Positions 9,175 through 18,040 of a DNA stretch of 64,000 nucleotides are shown piece by piece; the stretch's first letter is position 1, and every line of letters starts with the position of its first letter. This DNA comes from a virus. Where the stretch lies: the IMG/VR virus record IMGVR_UViG_3300021141_000706; one strand, 5' to 3'. The position numbers and the translations under genes are program-made. A model generated the notes under the pieces. That model saw only the letters and a program-made list of their open reading frames with translations. It searched no databases and was not told the origin of the DNA.

Positions 9175-9738
9175 ATGAAAGTAATATTTTTAGATAATGA
9201 TGGTGTTGTTTGCTTGTCTACCGAATGGGGTGGACGAGGCAAAAAGAAATCTAAGTACTTGAAAGAATTTCCAGGTACTGAAGATACTATGCCTGCTTGG
9301 GTAAAAATGGATAACTTCAATGATAAAGCTGTTAAGATTCTTAATTCAATCTTATTAGAAACTGATGCTGAAATTGTTGTTAGTTCTGATTGGAAGTTAT
9401 ATTGTACTTTAGATGAACTAAAAGAAATGTTTACTAAGTATGGTGTTATCAAACAACCAATTGATACTACTCCTAGTATTCCTTTGAAGTATGATAAAAA
9501 CTATTACACTGCTGGAGAATTAGCTGACTATAGAATAAGTGAAGTTAATAAGTGGTTAAAAGAACATCCAGAAGTAACTCACTGGGTTGCTGTTGATGAT
9601 TTGCCTTTAGGTGAATTATATGGTCCAATCTCTGGTAACTTTCTTGGTGGTTTGAAGAACTTTGTCTTAACACCAAAGAGTTCCGAAGGTATTAAACAAA
9701 GTGGCATTAAAGAAAAAATATTAAAATTCTTACTGTGA
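9175..9738 (+). CDS. HAD phosphatase, Swiss-Army-Knife RNA-repair type
   Basis: IFLDNDGV, IVVSSDWK, WVAVDD motifs. Confidence 0.8.
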   Translation: MKVIFLDNDGVVCLSTEWGGRGKKKSKYLKEFPGTEDTMPAWVKMDNFNDKAVKILNSILLETDAEIVVSSDWKLYCTLDELKEMFTKYGVIKQPIDTTPSIPLKYDKNYYTAGELADYRISEVNKWLKEHPEVTHWVAVDDLPLGELYGPISGNFLGGLKNFVLTPKSSEGIKQSGIKEKILKFLL

Positions 9739-10202
9739 TATACAGATTAGATTTCGGCAATCTTTATGAGTGGAATAATTGTAATTCTGCTAACTCTAAG
9801 TTACTTGAAATGGTTCATAACTTAGTGCTAGATTCTTTATTACTATATCGTTACAAGGTTAAGAAATCTATTGTTAATAGGTATGGTGTTAGTGATCCTG
9901 AAAAGATTAACTTTGATTTGATTAAACATAAATCAATTATTGTTTATCATTTAGATATCTACAAAGAAAAGCCTACTTTAATAAATGATTTAATTAAATT
10001 CTGCTTAAAAACAGATAGAGATTTGTTTATACCTACCCAAAGAGAAAGATACTGGGGTAAAGATGATGTTTATAGAAAAAAACACGAGTATAGATTTGAT
10101 ATAGCACTTGAGTTAGACACTTATGATTATCAATACTATGATATGAATAAAGATAGCTCTTTAGTACAATTAAAAAGAGAGCTAATAATTAGCTCTCTTT
10201 AA
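9735..10202 (+). CDS. hypothetical protein with degenerate C-terminal tag
   Basis: GTG start; ends QLKRELIISSL. Confidence 0.7.
   Translation: MIYRLDFGNLYEWNNCNSANSKLLEMVHNLVLDSLLLYRYKVKKSIVNRYGVSDPEKINFDLIKHKSIIVYHLDIYKEKPTLINDLIKFCLKTDRDLFIPTQRERYWGKDDVYRKKHEYRFDIALELDTYDYQYYDMNKDSSLVQLKRELIISSL
10174..10200. terminator. hairpin, probable bidirectional terminator within a gene end
   Basis: AAAGAGAGCTAAT-A-ATTAGCTCTCTTT between converging genes. Confidence 0.65.
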
Positions 10203-11618
10203 TTAAAATTTTATGTACCAAGCTTTAACTGGTATACCTAGTTGTAAAGCTACTGTAGTTCTTTTATGACCACCAACTAAATGATATGGTTTACCTTCTG
10301 TATTTTTCAAGTTGATTATAAATGGTGCTGGTTTAGATATTGATTTTTCTTTAACTAATTCATCATAAGTAAATAGGTATCTTTCCATATCTTTTGAATT
10401 TGGTGCTAAATCAGTTTTTAATCTACTTCTTAAATCCTCTATACCTTCTACTCCTGATTTGAAAGATATTTTACTTTTAAAACCTCCTTTACCAGAGTTA
10501 GGACCAAATACTTGAGTTAAATCACCCATATTACCAGTTTTTTTAACTTCATCTAAAGACCAGTCTTGTAGTTTACCTGATTTGATTAGGTTAAATACCT
10601 CTTTCTTAATATCTGCTGGTGTATTTTCTTTAAAACTTTCCATATCAGCACCTAAACCAATTTGGTCTGGATTTTTACCTACAACTAAACCTCTGATTTC
10701 TTCTTTATCAGTAGTTTCTTTCTTTAAGTATTTAGATACAATATAATGATATACACTTGGTAGTTTAGAATAAACTTTATCAAAGTTATCTTTAATAAAG
10801 AATAATTCTATATTATTAAGTAATTCATGCATTTCTTGATTAATCAATTCATCAGTTGGACCTTGCCAAGTTATTGAATACTTTTCATTAAAATTCTCAT
10901 AAAACTTTAAATATTTCATTTTATAATTGAATGACTCAGCTACCGAACCTTTTGAATTTTCAATAACTTCTTTACTTGTAGTTGTAAAGTAATAACCTTG
11001 TTTCATAAAGTCATTTCTATTAGCAACTTCAGCACCATTTTTACCTGGAAAAGCTGTCATAACAGAAAGAACTGATTTATCTCCTATTTTACCAAGTTTA
11101 GCACCAATGAAACTCAAGAAAGTAGTTTTTTCACCTTCACCTTCTTTTACTTTAATATTAAATTCATTACCTCTTGAATCTTTATAAGTATAAACATTCA
11201 TTGATTTGAATTCATCAGCATTTGGTTCTAATTTATGAACATTCTCAACACCAACATTTGTTTTAGAGTCTAAACCTAACCATTTGAACTTTTCAGCTTC
11301 TTCTGGATTAGTTACTTTAGATTCACTTGGTCCAAAACCTTTTGTCATTTCAGTTGGTTTATTATTTGAAACTAAACCAATAATTGCTTTTTTCAAATCA
11401 ACTCCTTTTTCAAATTTAGAACCAGGAATTGTCTCATCAACGTGAGCATCTGTGATGTGTGTTAAATCACCAAGTAGAAGAATAAAATCACCAGCTTCAA
11501 ATACTGTTGAGTTGTCAGCTTTTACTTTACCTTTTAAAAATTGATTATTATCAATCATACTTTGTATTTCTTGATAAAGTGTTTCATTTAAGTCTTCAAA
11601 CATTTTTAAGTGTTTCAT
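10203..11618 (-). CDS. putative internal virion protein with C-terminal ParB/Srx-like domain
   Basis: Begins MKHLKMFEDLNE; second MKYLKFYENFNE motif internally; LVGGHKRTTVALQLG near C-terminus. Confidence 0.65.
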   Translation of the reverse strand: MKHLKMFEDLNETLYQEIQSMIDNNQFLKGKVKADNSTVFEAGDFILLLGDLTHITDAHVDETIPGSKFEKGVDLKKAIIGLVSNNKPTEMTKGFGPSESKVTNPEEAEKFKWLGLDSKTNVGVENVHKLEPNADEFKSMNVYTYKDSRGNEFNIKVKEGEGEKTTFLSFIGAKLGKIGDKSVLSVMTAFPGKNGAEVANRNDFMKQGYYFTTTSKEVIENSKGSVAESFNYKMKYLKFYENFNEKYSITWQGPTDELINQEMHELLNNIELFFIKDNFDKVYSKLPSVYHYIVSKYLKKETTDKEEIRGLVVGKNPDQIGLGADMESFKENTPADIKKEVFNLIKSGKLQDWSLDEVKKTGNMGDLTQVFGPNSGKGGFKSKISFKSGVEGIEDLRSRLKTDLAPNSKDMERYLFTYDELVKEKSISKPAPFIINLKNTEGKPYHLVGGHKRTTVALQLGIPVKAWYIKF

Positions 11619-11619
11619 A

Positions 11620-11874
11620 TTAAAATTCTATTTTTTCAACGTCATTTAAATCGACATTGTATTGTTTTCCATCAATCTCAACGGTGATTAAGCCATCTTG
11701 ATCAATATCAATCGGAGTTATACCTTCTTCAGGTTTATTTTCAGGGAAATCATGAACAATAGTTGAATAAATAAGACCTCTATTTTTTATACACTTGATA
11801 ATATCATCTTGTGTTATAAGAGTTCCTTCCTCATTATTCTTCTTAAAATCCTCAAAAAGTTTCATCCATTTCAT
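11620..11874 (-). CDS. small hypothetical protein with N-terminal leader
   Basis: Start moved to MKWMKLFEDF, just after TTAATATATA. Confidence 0.7.
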   Translation of the reverse strand: MKWMKLFEDFKKNNEEGTLITQDDIIKCIKNRGLIYSTIVHDFPENKPEEGITPIDIDQDGLITVEIDGKQYNVDLNDVEKIEF

Positions 11875-11879
11875 GAATT

Positions 11880-11901
11880 TATATATTAAAAATAATATAT
11901 A
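11880..11901. promoter_or_regulatory. back-to-back putative late promoters
   Basis: TTAATATATA on - (11880-11889) and TAATATATA on + (11893-11901). Confidence 0.7.
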
Positions 11902-11920
11902 CATAAAATTACTTTATAAA

Positions 11921-13225
11921 ATGGCAGTAAGATGGAAAGGTGGGTGGTCCGGCTCCGGTTCACCTGAAACTAGTTTAATCACATATTATAACGGTGATTC
12001 TGTTTTATATGAAAACATAACATACACCGTCCAAACAAATGTATTGAGTGTACCTATTGGTTCACCTCCCCCACCAAGTGACATGGCTAATTGGGATGTT
12101 CTTGTTGCTGGTGGATCTGATGGTACTTCTGGATCTTCCGGTACAAGTGGATTATCAGGATCAAGTGGAACTTCAGGTTCTTCCGGATCAAGTGGCTCTG
12201 CTGGTACAAGTGGTTCATCTGGGTCTTCTGGTGCTTCAGGGTCAAGTGGTACTTCTGGATCTTCAGGTATTTCAGGTTTTAAAGATAACGATTGGTTATC
12301 CTTAATCCCCACTAGCGGAAGCATAGCTACTACGGGTAATGTGTTTGTTTTAAGTGGGACTACGACCTCGTATGGTGAGGTCTCCTATAACAATTCCACA
12401 GGAATAATTACCCTAGCATCCAATAAGACTTATAATATAAGAGCATCATTATCACTTGCTAATGATGTGCTCAATGCCGAAGTTCAATATCAATGGATAA
12501 ATGTAACATCAGGTAATACTACGATAGGAAATTCAGGAGGAGTTTTAGTAGTTTCCAGCACAGCAACAGCAGCTTGGCAACCTGTCGCAGAAGCTATCAT
12601 TACAACATCTGCTTCAACTCAAATTGCTTTAAAATCAAACTTTAGTAATTCATCCGGAAGTTTAAACTTTTACATGTGTTACTTTTTAGTCCAAGAGATA
12701 TACGGATATTCAGGATCGAGTGGATCATCTGGTACTTCTGGATCATCTGGTACATCAGCACCTGGTATAACATCTGGATCTTCTGGTACTTCAGGATCTT
12801 CTGGTTCATCAGGTAGTTCTGGAACAAGTGGTTCTTCGGGTACATCAGGATTGAGTGGTAATGTACCAGTCACGGGAAGTTGGACTTTATCTACAGGTGC
12901 CAATACTGTTAGTTTTACAGTTCCCAGTGCGAATTCATATGTTATGTGGGTGAACGGAAATATTCCAAATGGTATTGTTAATTGGAATGCCACGGTAACA
13001 TTATCAAACTCAAATGTGCCAGTAATAGGTTCGCAATATGGTTGGTACTATTCAGCAGGAAATGCTTTAGTTTTAACATCAATACCAAGTCAAATAGTTG
13101 GAACTCTAGGAAGTATTAGTACCTCAATGCCAGCAGTTTCAAATTCAAATACATTTACATTTGGTATAACAAATAACAGTGTTACATCACAAACAGTTTA
13201 TTACGGATATATTAAAGTAAGTTAG
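11921..13225 (+). CDS. fibre/decoration-like virion protein with Gly-X-Ser triplet repeats
   Basis: Start moved to MAVRWKGGW; CBM-like N-terminus, two (GSS/GTS)n tracts, beta-rich domains. Confidence 0.7.
   Translation: MAVRWKGGWSGSGSPETSLITYYNGDSVLYENITYTVQTNVLSVPIGSPPPPSDMANWDVLVAGGSDGTSGSSGTSGLSGSSGTSGSSGSSGSAGTSGSSGSSGASGSSGTSGSSGISGFKDNDWLSLIPTSGSIATTGNVFVLSGTTTSYGEVSYNNSTGIITLASNKTYNIRASLSLANDVLNAEVQYQWINVTSGNTTIGNSGGVLVVSSTATAAWQPVAEAIITTSASTQIALKSNFSNSSGSLNFYMCYFLVQEIYGYSGSSGSSGTSGSSGTSAPGITSGSSGTSGSSGSSGSSGTSGSSGTSGLSGNVPVTGSWTLSTGANTVSFTVPSANSYVMWVNGNIPNGIVNWNATVTLSNSNVPVIGSQYGWYYSAGNALVLTSIPSQIVGTLGSISTSMPAVSNSNTFTFGITNNSVTSQTVYYGYIKVS
12113..12277 (+). repeat. degenerate 9-bp coding repeat (G-S/T-S)n, tract 1
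   Basis: GGTACTTCT/GGATCTTCT-type units; boundaries approximate. Confidence 0.8.
12704..12858 (+). repeat. degenerate 9-bp coding repeat (G-S/T-S)n, tract 2
   Basis: Same unit type as tract 1; boundaries approximate. Confidence 0.8.
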
Positions 13226-13229
13226 AAAA

Positions 13230-13239
13230 TTAATATATA
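13230..13239 (+). promoter_or_regulatory. putative late promoter
   Basis: TTAATATATA just before ATG 13244. Confidence 0.7.
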
Positions 13240-13243
13240 ACAT

Positions 13244-14008
13244 ATGAAATACTTAAAAAGATTTAACGAAGAACTTAGACCAAGAACATATCTATCTGCT
13301 GCTAAAAAATTAACAGCTATTGGACATACTGATAGAGCTAACACCCTAAAAGATTGGGCTAATGAAACTGAAAAAAGAGAAGAAATTGCTAAATGGAAAG
13401 AACAACTTCAAAATTATTCACCATTTGGTATTTATAAAGTGAATGTTGTTAATCCAGAAAGTGGTGAAAAATTCACTGCTGATTTTGCGTTAGATTTAAG
13501 TTTTGATGAATTAGCATTTGAAGATAACTTTGAATATGAAAAACAAAAAGATCCAAACAATATTAGTGAAGTAAGTATTTTCTTTTTTGTTGGTTTAATT
13601 CCTACATCAGAAGAAGTTCTTAAAAAATGTGAAGAAGTAATGCCTGAACCTGAATTTGGTAACGGTATGTACTGGGGCATGTCTTGTGGTATAGATTTCA
13701 AAGTCGAAAATGGACAAGTTATACTTGATAAATTTGCCTTAGATGATTATGACGATAACTTATCTGGTAATGTTTCTTTTGCTGATAGAGCTTCTGCTGG
13801 TAAATTCAAAAACTTATTAAAAAGTATTTTTAGTAACCCTGACTTAAATTATCCAAGTGGATATACTGATGCTGATAGTATCTATCAGAAATTAGAACAA
13901 GTTATTTTAATTCAACAAGGATTCTCATCTGATTATGGATTTGAATTAAAAAATATTGCCGACTTTATTAACACTCAATCACCAAATACAATGTATAAAA
14001 CTATTTAA
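13244..14008 (+). CDS. putative internal virion protein, paralog 1 of 3
   Basis: MKYLKRFNEE leader; TYxSAAxKLxxxGH motif. Confidence 0.75.
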   Translation: MKYLKRFNEELRPRTYLSAAKKLTAIGHTDRANTLKDWANETEKREEIAKWKEQLQNYSPFGIYKVNVVNPESGEKFTADFALDLSFDELAFEDNFEYEKQKDPNNISEVSIFFFVGLIPTSEEVLKKCEEVMPEPEFGNGMYWGMSCGIDFKVENGQVILDKFALDDYDDNLSGNVSFADRASAGKFKNLLKSIFSNPDLNYPSGYTDADSIYQKLEQVILIQQGFSSDYGFELKNIADFINTQSPNTMYKTI

Positions 14009-14009
14009 T

Positions 14010-14837
14010 ATGAAACATCTAAAAAGTATTAATGAATTAAAATCTAGTACATATGCTTCTGCTGCTAATAAGTTGAAGAATATGGGTCATATTAGAAGAT
14101 CTGGTGAATTAGAACAATGGACTAAAGAAGTCCAAAATAAAGAAAAAGATGCTAGAGAATTAGAAAATTTTAATTCATTCAAACACGGTGTTCCTTTCAA
14201 AATTAACTTAGTTAAAGTTAAATATAATAGTGCTACTAAAAGTAGAGATCATGACATAATGGTTACAGGTAACTTTTATCTAAAGCCTTCTTTTGATTTT
14301 TCATGGGCTCAAGATCAATACAATGATAATGCTGATGAGAATGGAAATACTGAATACTCTTACTATATGCCTTTTGAAGTAGGTATAATGGCAGCAGATG
14401 AAGAAACAAAAGAGAAATTCAGATCAATTGAAGAAAATCTTTCTGATGAAGTATATGAAGGAGTTTATTGGTTACAAAGACTTTATTATAAAATAATTAA
14501 TGAAGGTTCTAAAGAAATAACTCCAACTGGTGAATTTTCTTGGGAATGTAGAGAAAGTGATGAAATAATGTTTGAAAATAGAGCCGAGGCTTTAAGATTC
14601 AAAAAGATGTTTGTTGATGCGGTTCACGGTAGAAATACTTTTGGTAATTCAAAATGGGTACCAAGTATGCATGAAGAATTAAAGAAATTCTTTTTAGGTG
14701 ATTGGTTACAGAGATATAATCGTGATACAAAATCATATGATAAAGTAGACAGACAAGAAGTATTTAACGAAGAAGCTTTCAAAAGATTCTTAGATTCAAC
14801 TAATAAAATGTCAATAAATCAATTATATAGAAACTAA
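14010..14837 (+). CDS. putative internal virion protein, paralog 2 of 3
   Basis: Start moved to MKHLKSINE; TYASAANKLKNMGH. Confidence 0.75.
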   Translation: MKHLKSINELKSSTYASAANKLKNMGHIRRSGELEQWTKEVQNKEKDARELENFNSFKHGVPFKINLVKVKYNSATKSRDHDIMVTGNFYLKPSFDFSWAQDQYNDNADENGNTEYSYYMPFEVGIMAADEETKEKFRSIEENLSDEVYEGVYWLQRLYYKIINEGSKEITPTGEFSWECRESDEIMFENRAEALRFKKMFVDAVHGRNTFGNSKWVPSMHEELKKFFLGDWLQRYNRDTKSYDKVDRQEVFNEEAFKRFLDSTNKMSINQLYRN

Positions 14838-15604
14838 TGAAGTATCTAAAGAAATATAATGAAGAGTTAAAGGCTGATACTTATAAATCAGCGGCTGATA
14901 AATTGGCTAAGATGGGTCATGTTAAAAGACCAGAAGAGTTAATGAAGTTTCATGTTGTGGCTAAAGAAAGAGAAAAAGAAGAAGCTAAAAGAAAAGCCAT
15001 TGAAGAAGCATCTGAATTAGGTACTTATAAAATGACCTTAAAAGGTCGTGGTGATATTAAATTCACTGGTGATTTCTATGTTTATTTTTACTGGAATAAT
15101 GATAATTTTGATGAAAGCTATGGAGATTGGAAATCATTTGATAGCAGTTCTCTTTGGTTACAATTTGACTTTTCTGTTTTACCAGCATCTGAAGAATCTA
15201 AAGAATTTACTCAAAATGTTCTTAATAAAGAAATAGGTCTTAATTATGACGGTAAATGTTATTTAGGTTCATTTGGTCTTAATCTAACACAAGGTGGTGC
15301 CTCTTATGATGAAAATGATAAACCAACATATGTTCTAAAACCTAATGGTGGATTCTATTTTGAGGAGTATGATAGTATAGCATGGTATATGGCTGATAGA
15401 GGATCTGCTCAGAAATTTAAGAAGATGCTTTATGATGTATTTGAGGGTAATATTGTTTGGAGAGAAACTCCACAATTACCTGGTGGTGTGAAAGAACAAA
15501 TCTTAGACTTCCTTTGTTCAGATATGGATCATACCTTAGAAGAGTTTGAAGAATTTATAGAATCTCTAAAACGAATAAGTGTAAATAAACTTTATAAAGA
15601 CTAG
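14837..15604 (+). CDS. putative internal virion protein, paralog 3 of 3
   Basis: MKYLKKYNEE; TYKSAADKLAKMGH. Confidence 0.75.
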   Translation: MKYLKKYNEELKADTYKSAADKLAKMGHVKRPEELMKFHVVAKEREKEEAKRKAIEEASELGTYKMTLKGRGDIKFTGDFYVYFYWNNDNFDESYGDWKSFDSSSLWLQFDFSVLPASEESKEFTQNVLNKEIGLNYDGKCYLGSFGLNLTQGGASYDENDKPTYVLKPNGGFYFEEYDSIAWYMADRGSAQKFKKMLYDVFEGNIVWRETPQLPGGVKEQILDFLCSDMDHTLEEFEEFIESLKRISVNKLYKD

Positions 15605-15972
15605 TGAAATATCTAAAAAGATTTAATGAATCCTCTGACTTTACTCCAGAAGAAATAATGAAAGAATTAACTCTTGGATTATTAGATGCTGGTTTACAAG
15701 TTAATGTTTATTCTGGTGAATATAAAAAATCAAATCACCCAAGATTTGAAGGTGAGTTACATGTTGAGATAACTGATAATAATAAAGTATTTTGTAAAAA
15801 CTATCCTGAAGATGATATGGATTGGTTATATGGTAAACCTGTTATTATGGATTTCTTTGATGAGCTAACAGACTTTGGTTTAATAAGAGATAAAGATTAC
15901 AAAGTATATGGTGGTGGATTAAATGTTAATTTAGTCTTCCAAAAAGAAGGACTTAATAAAGTTAAACTATAA
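15604..15972 (+). CDS. putative internal virion protein
   Basis: GTG start, MKYLKRFNES. Confidence 0.7.
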   Translation: MKYLKRFNESSDFTPEEIMKELTLGLLDAGLQVNVYSGEYKKSNHPRFEGELHVEITDNNKVFCKNYPEDDMDWLYGKPVIMDFFDELTDFGLIRDKDYKVYGGGLNVNLVFQKEGLNKVKL

Positions 15973-15996
15973 CCTGAAACTCTTTCAGGTTTTTTT
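15971..15996 (+). terminator. intrinsic terminator
   Basis: AACCTGAAA-CTC-TTTCAGGTT followed by a T run. Confidence 0.8.
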
Positions 15997-15998
15997 AT

Positions 15999-16017
15999 TA
16001 TATTTGTAGAATATATA
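15999..16017 (+). promoter_or_regulatory. adjacent early (-7) and late-type promoter elements upstream of cca
   Basis: TATATTTG at 15999-16006 then AATATATA at 16010-16017. Confidence 0.6.
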
Positions 16018-16022
16018 CACAT

Positions 16023-17192
16023 ATGAAATTAAAAAGATATAATCAATTTTTAGAATCTAAATCTGATATGTGGGATATCATTCCACAATCAGTGAAAGAG
16101 TTACACGAACTATTTCAATCAGCAGGTAAGAAACTTTACTTAGTTGGTGGTTCAGTGCGTGACTTCTTAACTGGTGATAAACCAAAAGATTTTGACTTAG
16201 CAACCGATGCTCTTCCAGATGAAGTTTTGGAAATTGTCGGAGATAAATTTAGAACTAACCTTCAAGGTAAAGCCTTCGGAGTTGTTGTAGTTTACACTAA
16301 AGAAGTTCCAGAAGGAATGGAAATTGCTACATTCAGAGAAGATGTTTCAAAAGGTCGTAACCCAGAAGTTAAATTGGGTGTTACTATTGAAGATGATGTT
16401 AAGCGTAGAGACTTAACTTACAACTCTCTTTTCTATGATTTAGATACAAGACAAATCGTTGACTTAGTTGGTGGTAAAGAAGATTTACAATCTGGTATTA
16501 CGAGAATGGTTGGTGATCCTATTGAAAGATTTGATGAAGATTCATTAAGAATTTTAAGAGCATTTAGATTTGCTTCAAGATATGAACATCCTTTACATAA
16601 AGATACTGAAAGTGCTATTGAGAAAAGAAAACAACTTCAAAACATTGATCCAGAGACTGGTGAAATGAAAAGAATTTCTCAAGAAAGAGTTTGGGAAGAA
16701 ATGAAGAAAGCTTGGAAACAAGCCAAAGATTACAGATACTACTTATCATTCTTTACTAAGTTTGATATGTGGGATGAAGTATTTCCTGTTGCTAACATCA
16801 ATACTAATTTAGTTGATTCAAAAGACTTTATAGTTGTTGTTGCTAACTTATTTAAGAACGAATCCACTTTAGGTTTGACTGATAGACTAGCTCAAGAATA
16901 TAAGATTGAATTAGAAACAGCTACTAAAGTAACTTTCTTACTTTCGTTATTAAATTTCAAAGTAGAAGATGTATTTGATATTTACAAGAAAAGACAACAA
17001 TGTGCTATCACTGATGCTACTATTTTAGAGTGGTTAAAAGTCGAAGGTATTGATACTGATACTTTAGTTAAGTTTGTTGAATACAAACCAAGTGTATCTG
17101 CTCAAGAACTTATGTCTCAAGGATTCAAGGGTAAAGATCTTGGTGATGAAATCAAAAGATTAGAGATAGAAAAATTTAAACAAATGCTATGA
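16023..17192 (+). CDS. cca: CCA-adding tRNA nucleotidyltransferase (class II)
   Basis: LVGGSVRD..KDFDLAT, EIATFR, RRDLTYN, EDSLRILRAFRF, SQERVWEE. Confidence 0.9.
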   Translation: MKLKRYNQFLESKSDMWDIIPQSVKELHELFQSAGKKLYLVGGSVRDFLTGDKPKDFDLATDALPDEVLEIVGDKFRTNLQGKAFGVVVVYTKEVPEGMEIATFREDVSKGRNPEVKLGVTIEDDVKRRDLTYNSLFYDLDTRQIVDLVGGKEDLQSGITRMVGDPIERFDEDSLRILRAFRFASRYEHPLHKDTESAIEKRKQLQNIDPETGEMKRISQERVWEEMKKAWKQAKDYRYYLSFFTKFDMWDEVFPVANINTNLVDSKDFIVVVANLFKNESTLGLTDRLAQEYKIELETATKVTFLLSLLNFKVEDVFDIYKKRQQCAITDATILEWLKVEGIDTDTLVKFVEYKPSVSAQELMSQGFKGKDLGDEIKRLEIEKFKQML

Positions 17193-17653
17193 CACATAAA
17201 TTAACTTATTTAAAAGATGCGGTTGGGAATAATTATGTTGGAATTAATATTCCAAATGAAGTTGTCGAACCACATTTAGAAAAACTAAAAGAAATTTTAG
17301 GTGAAGAAGATTTTGAAATCTTTACACAAAATCAAAAGACGAGAGATCACGGACACTATCACATTACTGTTATTAATGTAATGGATTGTAACCGACTTTC
17401 TAAAGAAATGGGAATGGCTAACTTTGTTAAATCAGTTGAATTAGCATTTGATTATACTGTAGAAGATTTAGAACTATTAGGTGTTGGCATGGCTTCTAAG
17501 AATGCCAATACCGCTTACTTTATAGTTTGCTCATCTGATAGTTTAGATGCCGTTAGAACTCGTTTTAACTTACCTAAACAAGACTTTCATGTTACACTTG
17601 GTTTCAATACTAAAGATGTGTTTGGTGTTCCAAAAAATTTGGTAATAAATTAA
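17189..17653 (+). CDS. 2H phosphoesterase (candidate cyclic phosphodiesterase)
   Basis: Two HxT motifs, YHITV and FHVTLGF; ATGA-coupled to cca. Confidence 0.85.
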   Translation: MTHKLTYLKDAVGNNYVGINIPNEVVEPHLEKLKEILGEEDFEIFTQNQKTRDHGHYHITVINVMDCNRLSKEMGMANFVKSVELAFDYTVEDLELLGVGMASKNANTAYFIVCSSDSLDAVRTRFNLPKQDFHVTLGFNTKDVFGVPKNLVIN

Positions 17654-17704
17654 AACTTTTTTTAATTTCTAAATAAGAAAGAAACAATTATAAATAAATT
17701 TAAA

Positions 17705-17980
17705 ATGGAACTATTTAATTATTACAGCATGGACGAGTGTCCAGAAAGAAAAGTGATCAAAAAAAGACTTACTCAATTAGAAGAAGAAGGCAAAATCGAT
17801 TTTGATATCGATGGAGACATTCTTAAAATATCAGACTTAGATTTAGATGAAGATGAGGTTGCTGAGTTAGTAGAAATGTTTGATAAATATGATGTCTTTC
17901 CTTATCCTGATTATGAAGAAGGAATAGATGATGAAGAAGATGATTACTATGATGGTTTTGACGAAGAAGACGATTATTAA
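17705..17980 (+). CDS. small highly acidic protein
   Basis: About 36 of 91 residues are D/E. Confidence 0.75.
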   Translation: MELFNYYSMDECPERKVIKKRLTQLEEEGKIDFDIDGDILKISDLDLDEDEVAELVEMFDKYDVFPYPDYEEGIDDEEDDYYDGFDEEDDY

Positions 17981-18007
17981 TATCAAATTGAATCAATAAG
18001 ACCTAAT

Positions 18008-18038
18008 AAAAAAACCCAATCATTTGATTGGGTTTTTT
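18008..18038. terminator. bidirectional intrinsic terminator
   Basis: A7-CCCAATCA-TT-TGATTGGG-T6 between converging genes. Confidence 0.85.
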
Positions 18039-18040
18039 AT

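Noticed and set aside
12113-12858. True collagen as substrate of the prolyl hydroxylase at 270-779
   Set aside because: The Gly-X-Y tracts contain almost no Pro, so this link is unsupported.
11986-12993. Pro/Glu/Asp-rich antisense ORFs (PEDPEVP...)
   Set aside because: Reverse-complement reading of the GSS/GTS repeats; no independent promoter or start context.
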